Assembly: GCA_029717555.1 (NCBI GenBank)
Contig: JAMDHS010000003.1
Span: 1-64,000 of the forward strand
From: Peribolospora baueri
Lineage: Eukaryota
Direction of reading: 5' to 3'
Length of the DNA: 64,000 bases
Position numbers and translations under genes: made by a program. The notes under the pieces are model-generated. The model did no database searches. It saw nothing but the letters and a program-made list of their open reading frames with translations, and was not told where the DNA came from. Below are positions 38,561-49,789 of this stretch, one piece after another (positions within the stretch are counted from its first letter, which is position 1; every line of letters starts with the position of its first letter).

Positions 38561-39277
38561 ATGTCCGGAAAATGGAAAAAGCAGTAAGCGCCCGGCTCGC
38601 CTCCACTCCGTCCATCCGTCCGTCTGTCCGTCCGTCGTTCGTCGGTGCACGTCTTCGCGCGCTCCGTCCGTCTCCGTCTCCGTCTTCGTCTTCGTCTCCG
38701 GCGCTGAGGCAGCGTGCTCGCCGGACGGCACATATCATCTCTCCTTCTTCACAGCGAGGAGGACGAGGAAAATTTAAGGGGCCAGATCCGGAGGATGGTT
38801 CCTAGCTGTGCTAGGACCCTAGGCAAGCTTGGTTCCGTTTCATCTCTCAGGCCGTCGTTCGTGTGCCCTCACGATTTTTTTTCTGCTCGTTTTCCGCCCC
38901 TCTCATGAATAGAAACGTACAGCAAGTGCGTCTCTGGCAACCCATCGAGCCAAGAGACGACTTGTGAAGGAGAAAGGATTGGTCTCTCCCAATGCGTGGT
39001 GCGCAACGCGCCCTCGGAGACGTACGACGAGCTACCTATCGACATTTTCGTGTATTCCAGGTGTCGAGATGACATGGAGGCGTACTCGACGTGCTATGAC
39101 AGGGAGAGGCGGGCGGGAAAGACGGGCCCGGAGCTGGTGGACGAGTGCTCGGGGCAATTTGTGCGCATGCAAGATTGCAAGAGGAAGGCCGTCGAGGACT
39201 CGCTTTTGGAGGTCGCCCGCTGGAGGTCCCAGTTTCAGAAAGAAGGAGCAGAAGGTGCGGCAAGACGCTCAGATTAG
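38561..39277 (+). CDS. Mitochondrial IMS protein with four CX9C motifs (Mix14/CHCHD5-like), 3 exons
   Basis: Exons 38561-38583, 38755-38822 and 38913-39277 give CARTLETYSKC, CEGERIGLSQC, CRDDMEAYSTC and CSGQFVRMQDC. The second intron is GC-AG. Confidence 0.75.
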
Positions 39278-39603
39278 ATAGATGGTAGAGCGCCGACCTT
39301 TTTTTCATCATTGTTCCTCTCACCCTTGTGTCGACTCTGAGACTCTCAGTCTGCATTTTCAAATGGTCCGAGTGCGAACGATCATCCCAGCTTCTGAGAT
39401 ACGGGAATCTTGCCGTACCGCACAGCCTTTCTTGCCCATGCTGCGCCAAGTTAGCTCGGCAGTTGGCCACTCCTGGGGGAGGTCTTGTATTCGTTCACTC
39501 TTGACCGTTATACAGTCATCGCCGCTCAACGTCGGCGCCGGCTCAGACTCTACAAGGTATATCTACAGGTGTGCGACCTTGTTCTCGTACGCGGCGGCGC
39601 TCC

Positions 39604-41934
39604 TCACGCCCTTCCCAACGGGCCGTCTCGTCGTCTTCTGAGTCGTTTCTCGATCGACTCCGCCACCTCTCCCGCCCTGACGGCCACCAAGCTTAGCAGA
39701 CTGTCCCCGATCCCATGCGTGCGCTCATTGCCGCCCAAGACGTATAGACCCGCTGCGGGAGGGGACGAGTCCGCTTCGTCTCTCGCTTCGCCACCGTCGG
39801 ACGAGCGCATCGCCTCGTCCCGGGCGAGGAGCCTGTAATCCCTCGTGACCGTCCGCGCCGCCTTGCCGTCGCTCAGCTTGACGCCCACGCCGGGTCCCGC
39901 CGGGGTCATCTCAGGTCCGAGAGGGCGCAAACCGGGATAGATGTCGCGGAGCGGGGCGAGGAAAGGCAAGAGGCTGGCGTGCCTGTCGAAGCCGGTAGCG
40001 AGGAAGACGGCGTCGTATGCCTCCGGGCGGCTCACCACGTGCGTCTTGTTGTGCTGAAGGGTGAGCCCGATCTGCGTTGGTTCGGTGCCGTGTGGGAAAG
40101 TGGCGGAGTCTGGGGAAGAGGGAAGGGTGTCGGAGGGCGGAGAGCTGGAGGCGGACGAAGGGTGCGAACCGTGGCCGTCGACGCCGCCACGCGAGTGCTG
40201 TAGACCGTTGGAGATGAGCCCGCCGGCGATGAGAAGAGGGAAGGACGGGGACATAGCATCGTCGACGAACTTGGCTTCTACAATGTCCTGGTTGGACAGG
40301 ATTTCGATACGGCCGCGAGATGGAGCAGAGCTACCCGAGTACGCAAGAGGCGTGGCTTCCACCTCCTGATCATAAAGGAGTTCGTGAAGGTGCTGAAGCT
40401 GAGGCGTGGTACCATCCGAAAGGAGAGCGCAAGGGTAAGTGGTGAAAATGTTAGATGGCAGAGGAAAGGCTTAGTAAACCGCCGTTCCCAAAGGCACGAA
40501 AAGATCAAATGGCCTCACAACGTCTTTCTTAACGACGCCGTAATTTGTCCTTCTGAACTCGGCCCTCCACTCGTCCCGCTCGGCATCTCCGGCGGCGTAG
40601 AAAGACTCGGTTCGATCTGGATCGAAAGCGGCGGCGTTCACGAAGCCCGAGTCGTCACTAGGCACGAGAGCAGAAGTGCGGATGATAAGGTCCACTTTCG
40701 CGTCCGGGAAGAGTGAGTGGAGGTGCAGGAGCACTTCGACTCCGCTCTGGCCCGCGCCGACAACAGCCAGGCGCTTTGGGGGGCCATGGCGTGGTGGTGA
40801 TGCTAGACTCGCCAAGGGTCCGTCCGGAAAGAAGTCGGTCTTGGGGGCAGGGACAGAAGGAGTCTGTACAATGTCTGGGAAAAGCTGGTTGAGGGAGGGG
40901 AGGTAGGTACTGGAGTGTATCACCCTCTCCACGCCGGAGGGCGGCGATGTCGCCGACGGGATCAGCTTTGGCCCGTCCTTGCGTCCCGGGCCGTCAACGC
41001 GCTCGAAAGGCGTCACGTCTTGCCCATCCAAGGTCGGCTCGGCCAAGTTGCCGTACATTAGGGGCCGAAACACGTTTGGCACGACGGCATGACCTCCAGC
41101 GGCCGCTACGACGTTGCGAGCCAGACGGACCTTTGTCGCGCCGCTGGTTTCGTCCAAAGAGACGACTTGAAAGATTGTCGGAGGTGCAGGGACGCCTGTA
41201 GATAATGGGGTGGATGGGGAGACGGAGACGACGCGCTGCGAATAGGAGACGACGTCGGCGCAGCGGGAGGCAGCCCAACTGTATTTCACGCGAGCAGAAG
41301 GTGAATCAGAGCTGGCAGCGACAGCGCGATGAACGTGTTCATAAGCAGGCATGCTTCCAGAAGCTCACCCGAGATACCCGCTCCACTCACGCCTGCTGGG
41401 CGTCTGATCCTCCCGATTGATGAAATGAACGAGCCTACCCTTCTCCTTGAGGTAGTTGACGAACGTGAAGGTCGAAGTCGGATCTCTCATCGTTGCCAGA
41501 TCTTTGAAGTGCGATACCTGAAGGGTCGAGCCTGGGAGGAGTAAAGAGAGGTGCCTGCAGAAGCGACGGCGGGGACGACATGGACCATCAGCATCGGAAG
41601 CGGCGCTCAACACTAGCCAACTAAGAAAGGAGACGCGCAGCCTGCTCACCACCCGAATCTTTGCTGCCGCTCCAAAAACTTGACCTTGAGGCCATGATGC
41701 GCGTATCGTTCACGCAGGCAGATAGCCAGCGCCAGGTTGGCGGGGCCACTGAGAAATGAAAGAAGGGCGTTGGATGAGACGACGCTAAAAAGAAGGGCTT
41801 GGGACTTGGCGTGCTCACAAACCGATACCTAGGATGTCGTAAACCTCGTCCACATCGTGCGTAGGGTTGCTGGCATGAAATCCGTTCGGTCGAGCAAGCG
41901 CCATCGGGCCGGTGGAGACGGCGGAGGGGGACAT
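39604..41934 (-). CDS. sid1: L-ornithine N5-monooxygenase (hydroxamate siderophore biosynthesis)
   Basis: YDILGIGF|GPANLALAI, FLERQQRFGW|H..LLPGSTLQVSHFKDLATMRDP, F.NYL..KGRLVHFIN, PSRREW..YL.W, IHSSTY, VVGAGQSGVE, LVPSDDSGFVN..FDP, RRTNYGVV, YDAVFLATGF, GGNERTHGIGDSLLS. Confidence 0.95.
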
Positions 41935-42023
41935 GGCTCAGGATGGACGGGGAAAGAAGATGCGGAAGCGTGGAGCAAGGTAGATATGCGAGGAGGTATG
42001 GGAGAAGAGAAGGGGAGGGAGAA

Positions 42024-42044
42024 GGGGGGGGGGGGGGGGGGGGG
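42024..42044. repeat. G21 homopolymer just upstream of sid1 ATG
   Basis: Read directly. Confidence 0.85.
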
Positions 42045-42152
42045 AAGGTGGTGGCCCGTTTATGAACGGGAGAACGGGGCTGAACGGGGGGAAGACGAAG
42101 AATGGAGTCGGGGAAGATGACCCCTGCGGTGCGCAAGGGGGGCCGTCCATCA

Positions 42153-43312
42153 ATCAGATAACTCCGAGCCCTGCTCGCTTCTTCTCCACGCCGCGCTCCG
42201 TTTTCCCTTCTTCTTCTCCTTTTTCTCTCGCTGAGATCTCCCTGGCCCAGCTCCGTGCAGGTGTCCTAACAACGAGATGCCCAGCTCTCCTCGTTCCCTA
42301 CCGAAGCCGTGCGCTACTGGGAGATGGATAAGGAAGAGCGTCCGAGATCGGATCAGATAACAGGAGAGGTCCGTCGCGCAAGAGCGGCGCTTGGCGGGAC
42401 CGCGCGCGACGGACGGAGAAGAACGGGTGGTGCGAAATAAATAAGTAAATAGTCGAGCATTAGAATACAAGTAAACGATGGGCAGACTTAGGAGACTTAA
42501 CATACGTCACTGCGGAATGCGCTCCAATCAAGGCCCGGATGGCAACGCTGGGGCCGCGCTGTGGCAGCGCCGGCGCAAAAAGAGGGGCGGGGTGGAGCGC
42601 CAGCGCGGCTGGGTCTCCTGCCTCCTGCGAGTGACTACGGTCGACTCTTAGGAGAAGGCCCAACGAGGCGCCTGCTACTGGGACAGACAAGTCCTTTGAA
42701 CGGATCTAAGCAGGCACACTCGAGCACCGCCGCTTCCTGCTCGATGTCAACCAAAGCAGCCGCAGTCTCAATCAGATAGGGAAGCCGTGCCGTCTGGTCC
42801 GCGGTCACGAGTCGTCCAGGCGCTCGAGCAAAGAAGGGGAGGAAAACCTAGGACAGGCAATCGTCGATTATGGATAGAGAGGTGTCGCAGAGATTAGAGT
42901 GAAGAAGAGTCTTCAAGGGGACGGCACTCTCGAATTCGCTCGGCCTCTTCCTCCTCTCCTTCTCTTGCGCCCCCCCCGGCGCCATTCGCGATTCGCGATC
43001 TCGAGACCTTGGCCCATGATCGTACGAATCAAACCGCAGCACGAACAAACAACCTCCCAAAATCACACTCTGAATCAGTTCCGATCCCAAATACCTCGTT
43101 CCTGTCTTGGACCCCTTCCCTCGTCCATATCCTCTACTTCTATTTTCCTGGCAATCCAGCATATACTATAATGGCCCTCTTCGACTCTATCGCCGAAAAA
43201 CAGGCCATCCCGAGCGCCTAGAGACAGAAAGCGCCACGATGGCGACTGACTCACGGCTGACTGATGCGCCGGTTACGGATCGAGGTCGGCGGACGTAAAT
43301 CACATCTGATAA
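42153..43312. promoter_or_regulatory. Cluster of iron-responsive GATA-repressor boxes (ATCWGATAA) upstream of sid1
   Basis: ATCAGATAA 42153-42161, ATCAGATAA 42352-42360, ATCAGATAG 42771-42779, ATCTGATAA 43304-43312; also GATAAG at 42327 and CCAAT at 42524. Confidence 0.8.
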
Positions 43313-45057
43313 CCGATGCGCGCCGACGTGCCGGGACCCTCGATTATGGCGTTCGCCAAGCACAAGCAAATGGGCGGACAAGTTCTCATGCAATACAGTT
43401 GAGCCTCGTCTCGCGGTAAACAATCAACTTGCAATAGGGAAAGATATTTGTACTTTTTCCCGGTTTTTGCCGTGTCACGAGGAGCCCCTTCAGTGATGGA
43501 CGCCGGGCCAAGAACGCTGGAACTTTCTCCCTCTCATCCAAGCGGTAACCTTCCAGCCGATCGAGCGCGCTTTGCTGGGGTATGATGATAGGCGGAGGTC
43601 GTGACTCTCTGTCTTTTGTCAGACAGACTGGCAGAGCAGGGCCCACTTGCGCTTAGGTGTGCGGATGAACGGTATGGTCGGAGGACCTCGGTCATGCCTG
43701 CCACCACGCCAGGCCGAGGCTGTCGCAGCTAGAGTGGGGAAACGGGAATGACATAACAGGAGGGTGGGGTTCGCTCCAGCGCACTCGAAGAGACATATAT
43801 TATCACTCCTTCGTCAGTCATGATGGGAGGGTGGCTGCCATTCGTCCCCGAGGGCGTGTACCCGTCCGGGTGGACATTTCATACCCGCCTTTGGCATTAT
43901 CTGAAGTCGGATTATTATTTTTATTTATAATACGGATGTCTGTTTTATAAATTTTATTAAATGCTTCCATCGACTTGAGGGGACGGTACAAAGCCGAGAA
44001 GAGCAATGAGAGAATCAGCTTACCTGCCGATCGCATAACCAAGGCGGACCTCGCCAAAGAGATCGCCGGCCTGTCTCTGAACCGCGTGCCGTCGCTGATC
44101 GGCTCGCCCGCCCCGATATTCGTAACGCTGGTGGTGGCCAAAGGAAGAGGGTGCAATCTTTGTGTCATGAGATTCAATGGGTTGGCCGTTGGGCAGGCGT
44201 TACGTTTTGTCCAGGTTGCTTTTTTTTTTCACATCCAAGCCGAGGTTTACGAGACTGAGCAACACGGGCTCATCGCGCGAGCTGGCTTGAAAACGAGCCT
44301 GTGAGCGAATGGTCCCAGCTAATTCAGGTTAAAGGACGGATTGGATAAGGTACGCTACGCTTAAGAACCGAATCCTCCAATTCCCACTTGCTCCCCTACT
44401 TCTGAGTCCGAGAATACCGGAAACATCGAAATGATGTTCGGCCTCGGCAAGAGACGTTGATCCATAACATGCTCACAGACTAGCCAACGCGAGCGTATAT
44501 GTTTGCCATGAATGTGGCCAAGACCAACCTCTCATCTCATGACCTGGTTTGAATTGAGCGTATTTATTTACCAGCTGGGTAACCGAATGTCGCCTGGAGG
44601 AGAGAGACTGGCGACGGATGGGGAAAAAAGACCGAGCCAGGGTGACGAATACGACCCCGGCCTGCGCTATGAGCCCGTTTCCCGCAAATACTAAAGAGCA
44701 GCCTCTTTTCATGAGCGCGCATCCTGGAAGCACATCTCTGATACCAATAAGAAATGCTGGAAGCTTAAGAAGTCAGCAGCGCCATTGGAAGTGGAACCCT
44801 ACGAAGGGGGACCTCGGAGCATTGGAAGAGTGCCGCAGTCAATCAAGCACTCCGCTTTGACGGTCCGGACGGATCGACGTCGACCACCACCGACCCACAC
44901 AAGCCCAACCGTCATCGCATCCTCGTTCGCCTTCTTTTCGCCGGGTGAATGGCATCTCACCTTGTGCCCAGACATTTAGGAGTCTTGCCCTTATCCGCAT
45001 AGCCCCTCTTGACTGCCCTTGTCTGCTTCACGCGGCCATTTCGCATGAATTACCACC

Positions 45058-48000
45058 ATGGCGCCTACCAGCCAATCCACCTCAGCTGCCGCTTCGTCCA
45101 GCATTTCCAAGTCTGTGCAGGGCACACTCAAAGATGTGACGAGCAGAGTGCGGGCGGCGCTTGTCTCGGACTCGACGCCTCTTCAGCCGGCGCTTTCCTC
45201 CATTGACTTGCTCATCTCGGACGTCGTCAAAGACCACCCTCGGTCCGTCACCGGCTCCCTCAGCCAAGCTCTTGCCATGGCCGCCCACCCTTCCACCGCT
45301 GCTCCGGCTCCCTCCTCATTGCCCCCCGTCCAACCTGGTCAGCCTTCCAACCCCGCCGTTGCTGAGCTTCTCTCTACCGAACTGCTTCATATCTATGAAG
45401 AGGAGATGGACCAGCACGATCTCACCAAACTCTCCGCCTTGGTCGAGATCCTCCACCGCGTCGTACCCCTCTTTGGGTCCGAATGCATCATCCTCACATG
45501 GTGGGATCTCGTTCTTCGACCCATTCTCAAGAACACTTGCGCCAGCCAACCGGCCACGCAGCTGGCTCGTGAGCTCGTCGTGCTCGCCATGAGCGACGCC
45601 GCTCCAGAGGCCTACAATGATGAGCTCGAGTACCGACCTGGTCCATCACTCGTTTCCGCTGTTGCCCCGCCTTCCTCTTTTTCTGCTCCGACGCCTGCGA
45701 CAACAGCCGGGTCCGAGGAAGAGTCCGGATTGAGCAGTGACGAGCACGAGCAGCCGGCTGAGGACACTGGCAGCCGGTCAGCCCGCCCGTCTCCGTCCAA
45801 AGCGTGCCTTCGGGCGACAGGTGATAAGGCGCGAAAGTTTACGCAACGTATTTTGGACATGTTCCTGTCCGAAACCTCTCCAGCAGTACACAGCCCGGGC
45901 TCTAACAGTGCGGACGATGATGCAGAGGAGGAGGAGCTGGCGGAGATGGTGCAAGACGAAGACGATGGGGACGGCGGTGCAGCGCCTCAAAGCGGCCGCG
46001 AGCACCAGCGGGGCTCGGTTGCCGAGGAAGAGTTGGCAACGCAAACGTGGAGGGGAAACTTGGAGAACATCTTGCTCATGTTCGGCAAGAAGAATCCAAA
46101 GGTGAGTCGGTCTTCTGCTTTCGTCCTTTCATCTCACATCCTTCTTGTCCGTTCACGCCCTCGTTGGCACCTTCGCTTATCATGTCTCTTTATCATCAGG
46201 AGTTCTTCGCTCACCTCGCCGTGTCCTTCCCAGACCCGGCGGCACGGGTTCCCATTCTCGTCTTGTTAACCCACTTTGTTCGCCTCCACTCTATGCACGC
46301 CCACCAAATCACATCGACCCGACTCCTGTCCGTCATGCTGCTCTCCCTTCAGCTTGATACGTCCGCAACGGCTATCTCCCTCGGCATTACTGCACTCATC
46401 ATGCTCATGCCCCACATACCCATCTGGCTCGCAGCGGGATCTACAAATCCTACCTCTTCCACCGATCGCGAGAGTCGATGGGGCACGCTGGCCACACCTC
46501 CCGGCGGCTGGTTGGCCCAATTTTTCAGCATCTTTGGCAGGGTCGTCGACTGGAGACCTGACATTGGACAGGGTTGGGAGCAGCGACTCGGGGAAGGAGA
46601 GAAGGCGGTACGGGAGCGGAGGGAGAGGGACGAGGACTTTGCTGTCGTTTCAAGAATGGGAAAGCGGTTGGAGATACGGCCGGAGATCGGTTGGACGAGG
46701 CTTGGTGAGTTTGCTCTCTTTTTTGGCACTGAGGCCAGCTCATTGTCTCTCATTACTGACTTTTCACTCCACTTCCCTTCCGGCCCGTGCTGATGATATT
46801 TCATAATTGTAGACTCGTCCTTCGATACCACTCCGTTGGAAATGCCCAACGTAGGGCAGTTCTTCACCTTCCTCTACGGTCTCTTTCCTTGCAACCTCAT
46901 CCGGTTCCTTCGGACACCTTTCGTATACCTGAGGGAAGCCGGCTTTGACAGTCCCACCGTGGGACATTGGGAGGACATGATGGATGAAGACGGTATGAGG
47001 GCCAGGAGTGTCGTGAGTCTGTCGTTGAAATTCGCTTTAAGGCGAAGCAAATGACCTGACTTTCGCTCCCTTGCTCCTTTTCTTTCAGGCTTTCCTTCGA
47101 CGTCATTCTCTTCACCCGTCTCTCGTTTTGCATGATGCAAAATCGGAACTGAACGACCGTTTGAGATGGTCTCGGTCAGACACAGCCGACATTGTCACTG
47201 AGTGCATAGGCCTTTACTTTGGCAGCTGGGGCGATCGGCCCATGGCGGCGACGGATTATGAAGCTGTCCCTGCCGACGACAGTGTACTGCCTGGCCCGGG
47301 GTCCGAAGAGGCCCCCGTGTCGCCCATGAGCGACTCGGCTATGTCCAAATCGGCCGCTGTGGCCGATTTGCGTGCCGGAAGTACCCGAACGGGGAGTGAT
47401 GCAGACGTGCCGTGGACGGGGCACTCTCGCCAGTCGAGTGTGTCGGCGTTCGCTCCTGCTACTCCCCAATTCCTGACATCCAGCTCCACGCCGCCTCAAC
47501 TCTTATGGCGTTCCTACTCCGGATTTCGACGGATCGTCAACGAAGACGACATTCTCTCCACGTACGCCGCTCTGAGGTCTGGCGTGCCCGTGGCCTTAGA
47601 AGTCAGCTCGCCCATGGAACAAGTCCACGCCGTGAATTCCGAAGGACGCCGCGTCACCTTGGCGGCACTTAGCTTGGACCCCCCGGAGCTTGATCAGCCC
47701 CTGACCGCCCCCCTTTCCGGCTCTCAGACTCCGAGGGTGCCCACCTCACATGGTTCCGCCGATGTACTTGGTTCAGCTATGAGCTCGCCACGAATAACGG
47801 CCGCGACACCTCATCGACGCTCAGTCCTTCACCGCGGGAGGTCCGGCTCGCTTAGCTCGCCGTTCCACGCCCAGCCTCTTTCCGCCCTTGGTTCGCCATT
47901 GAAGTCTCCGTCCGTCTCGTCCCGGAAGGGCCTCTCGAGCGGGTTGACACCGACCCCATCACCGATGTATCCCAACGTCCACGTTCACTCCATCGCTCCC

Positions 48001-49643
48001 ATCTCTACCTTTTCCCCTCCCTTGCGCCCCGCCCGTACCCGGCGTCAAGCACATCTCACGTTTATGCAGCGCGAGAACTTGCTGCTTCGGAACGAGCTCA
48101 ACTTCGAGTTATACCTCAAAGAGCAGCATCTCAGGCATATCGGGCGACTGCACAGGGATCGGATGGCCGATAGCGCCGTCGAGGCTGAGCGGCAAAATTT
48201 GGTACGTGATTGCTTGCATTTCATTGCAGATCCAGATGTGCCCCGCGTTGACATTTTTTTTTCGTTCTTCGCGCCGTCATGACATGTCTGTATAGCAAAA
48301 CACGAACCGTCTACTAAGGTCCCAGCTCTCAGCGGCGCAAGCTTCGCTCGAGCGACAGCGGTCCGAAGCGGCGTCTACGAAGGTTATGCACGTGAAATGG
48401 GAGAACGAGCTGAACGCCAAATTGAAGGTGTACAGGGAGGAGCGCAACAGCTGGACGCACGAGGCGAGAGAGCTGAGGGCCACGATCGAGGAGAATGAGG
48501 TGAGCCTCTTCGCCCATCTAGCATCATGCCGCATGTCTTGAGACCAACAGCTACGTCCCTTTTCGTCCAGGCTACCATCGCTTCTCAGACAAAACACCTC
48601 GCGGAGACTGGTGCAAAGTGAGCTGTTTTCTCTGTTTTGTACCGCAGCTCGTTCCGCCTTCCTGCTGGTCGTTCTTTGCTGAAGTGGGACGAGTTTATCC
48701 GCTTATTGTCGGCTTGTCACACAGGTTGTTTGAGTTAGAAACTCACATGACGCAGGTGCAGCCTAAAGTACAAAAGATTACGGAATATGAAGCGAAGATA
48801 CAACAGCTGATGACGAGCTTGTCATACTGGTAAGAGGCTCCGCCGAGTCCTATTCTTTTGAAGGGACTCATGTCTTGTCGCTTTTGTCACACAACACATG
48901 CACGCAGGGACGAGGACGTGCGTAAATATGAGGAACAGAAGAAGGAGATGGAGATCCTCATTTCCAACTGGCGCAAGCTCGAGATGCTGTTGCAGAGCAT
49001 GGAAGATCAGCTTCGCACGGCCCATATGGCCGAACGGTGCGTGTGACCTGTGCTACGTATTACGCATGCGGAGTGCTTGGGCTGACCGATTACCTTCGCG
49101 CTCATTTGTTGTGATAGGGAGCTTCGAGCACGCGTCCACGAGCTCGAAGCGGAGACGGCGGCGGCGAAGGAAAGGGCCTCTCATAAGGACCCTTCCGTGC
49201 TCAATGTTCCATTGACAATGCCGTCGGAGACCGAACTAGAGGAGCGAAGGGGCCGGGAGCAGCGCCTTCGAGAGCGTAACGAGGAGCTCGAGGCAACCGT
49301 TTTGAACTTGCGAGCGCGTATCGAGGAGCTCGAGCTTGCCCGAACCGTCGCATCCCGCGGGGAGGGTGCCTTGGCTGCTTCCGGTAGGGCCAGCGCGGGG
49401 GGAGAGCAAGATCCCAGCTTGACCTTCTCTGCCTCCCTTCCAGCTTTTGCCTACGGCGCCGACAGCTCGAGTGCACGAACGAAAGACGGGGGAGTCGGAC
49501 GAGGCACGGCGGGGACTGCCGGTACGCTGCGAACATCTTGGGTGAGCCCCGCATCGCCCTCCGGCGGTGGAGAAGAGGCTCTACTAGCCTCCCCGGACCT
49601 CCACGGAAGTGAGCCGCCGCCACTGTTCCCTCATGAGGTGTAG
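45058..49643 (+). CDS. tsc1: Hamartin (tuberous sclerosis 1 homolog)
   Basis: IILTWWDLVLRPIL, SLQLDTS..AISLGITALIMLMPHIP, QFFTFLYGLFPCN.IRFLR.P, FLRRHSLHP, QRENLLLRNELNFELYLKEQHLRHIGRLHR; coiled-coil C-terminus. Confidence 0.9.
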
Positions 49644-49789
49644 TTTCCACCGAGGCAATTCGAATCGTTTCATAGCCCAGCAATTGTTACACGAGCACAT
49701 GTTTAGCGAGACAGCGGATCTCTACCGTACGCCCCACTCCACCTTTCCGGCATCCGCATCGATGGATCTTCGCCACAAGTATGAACACG

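Noticed and set aside
3703..41934. A single supercluster joining ligase, PKS and sid1 (hybrid siderophore-polyketide)
   Set aside because: Housekeeping pol31 and Mix14-like genes intervene; no NRPS or acyltransferase; iron boxes were noticed only at sid1
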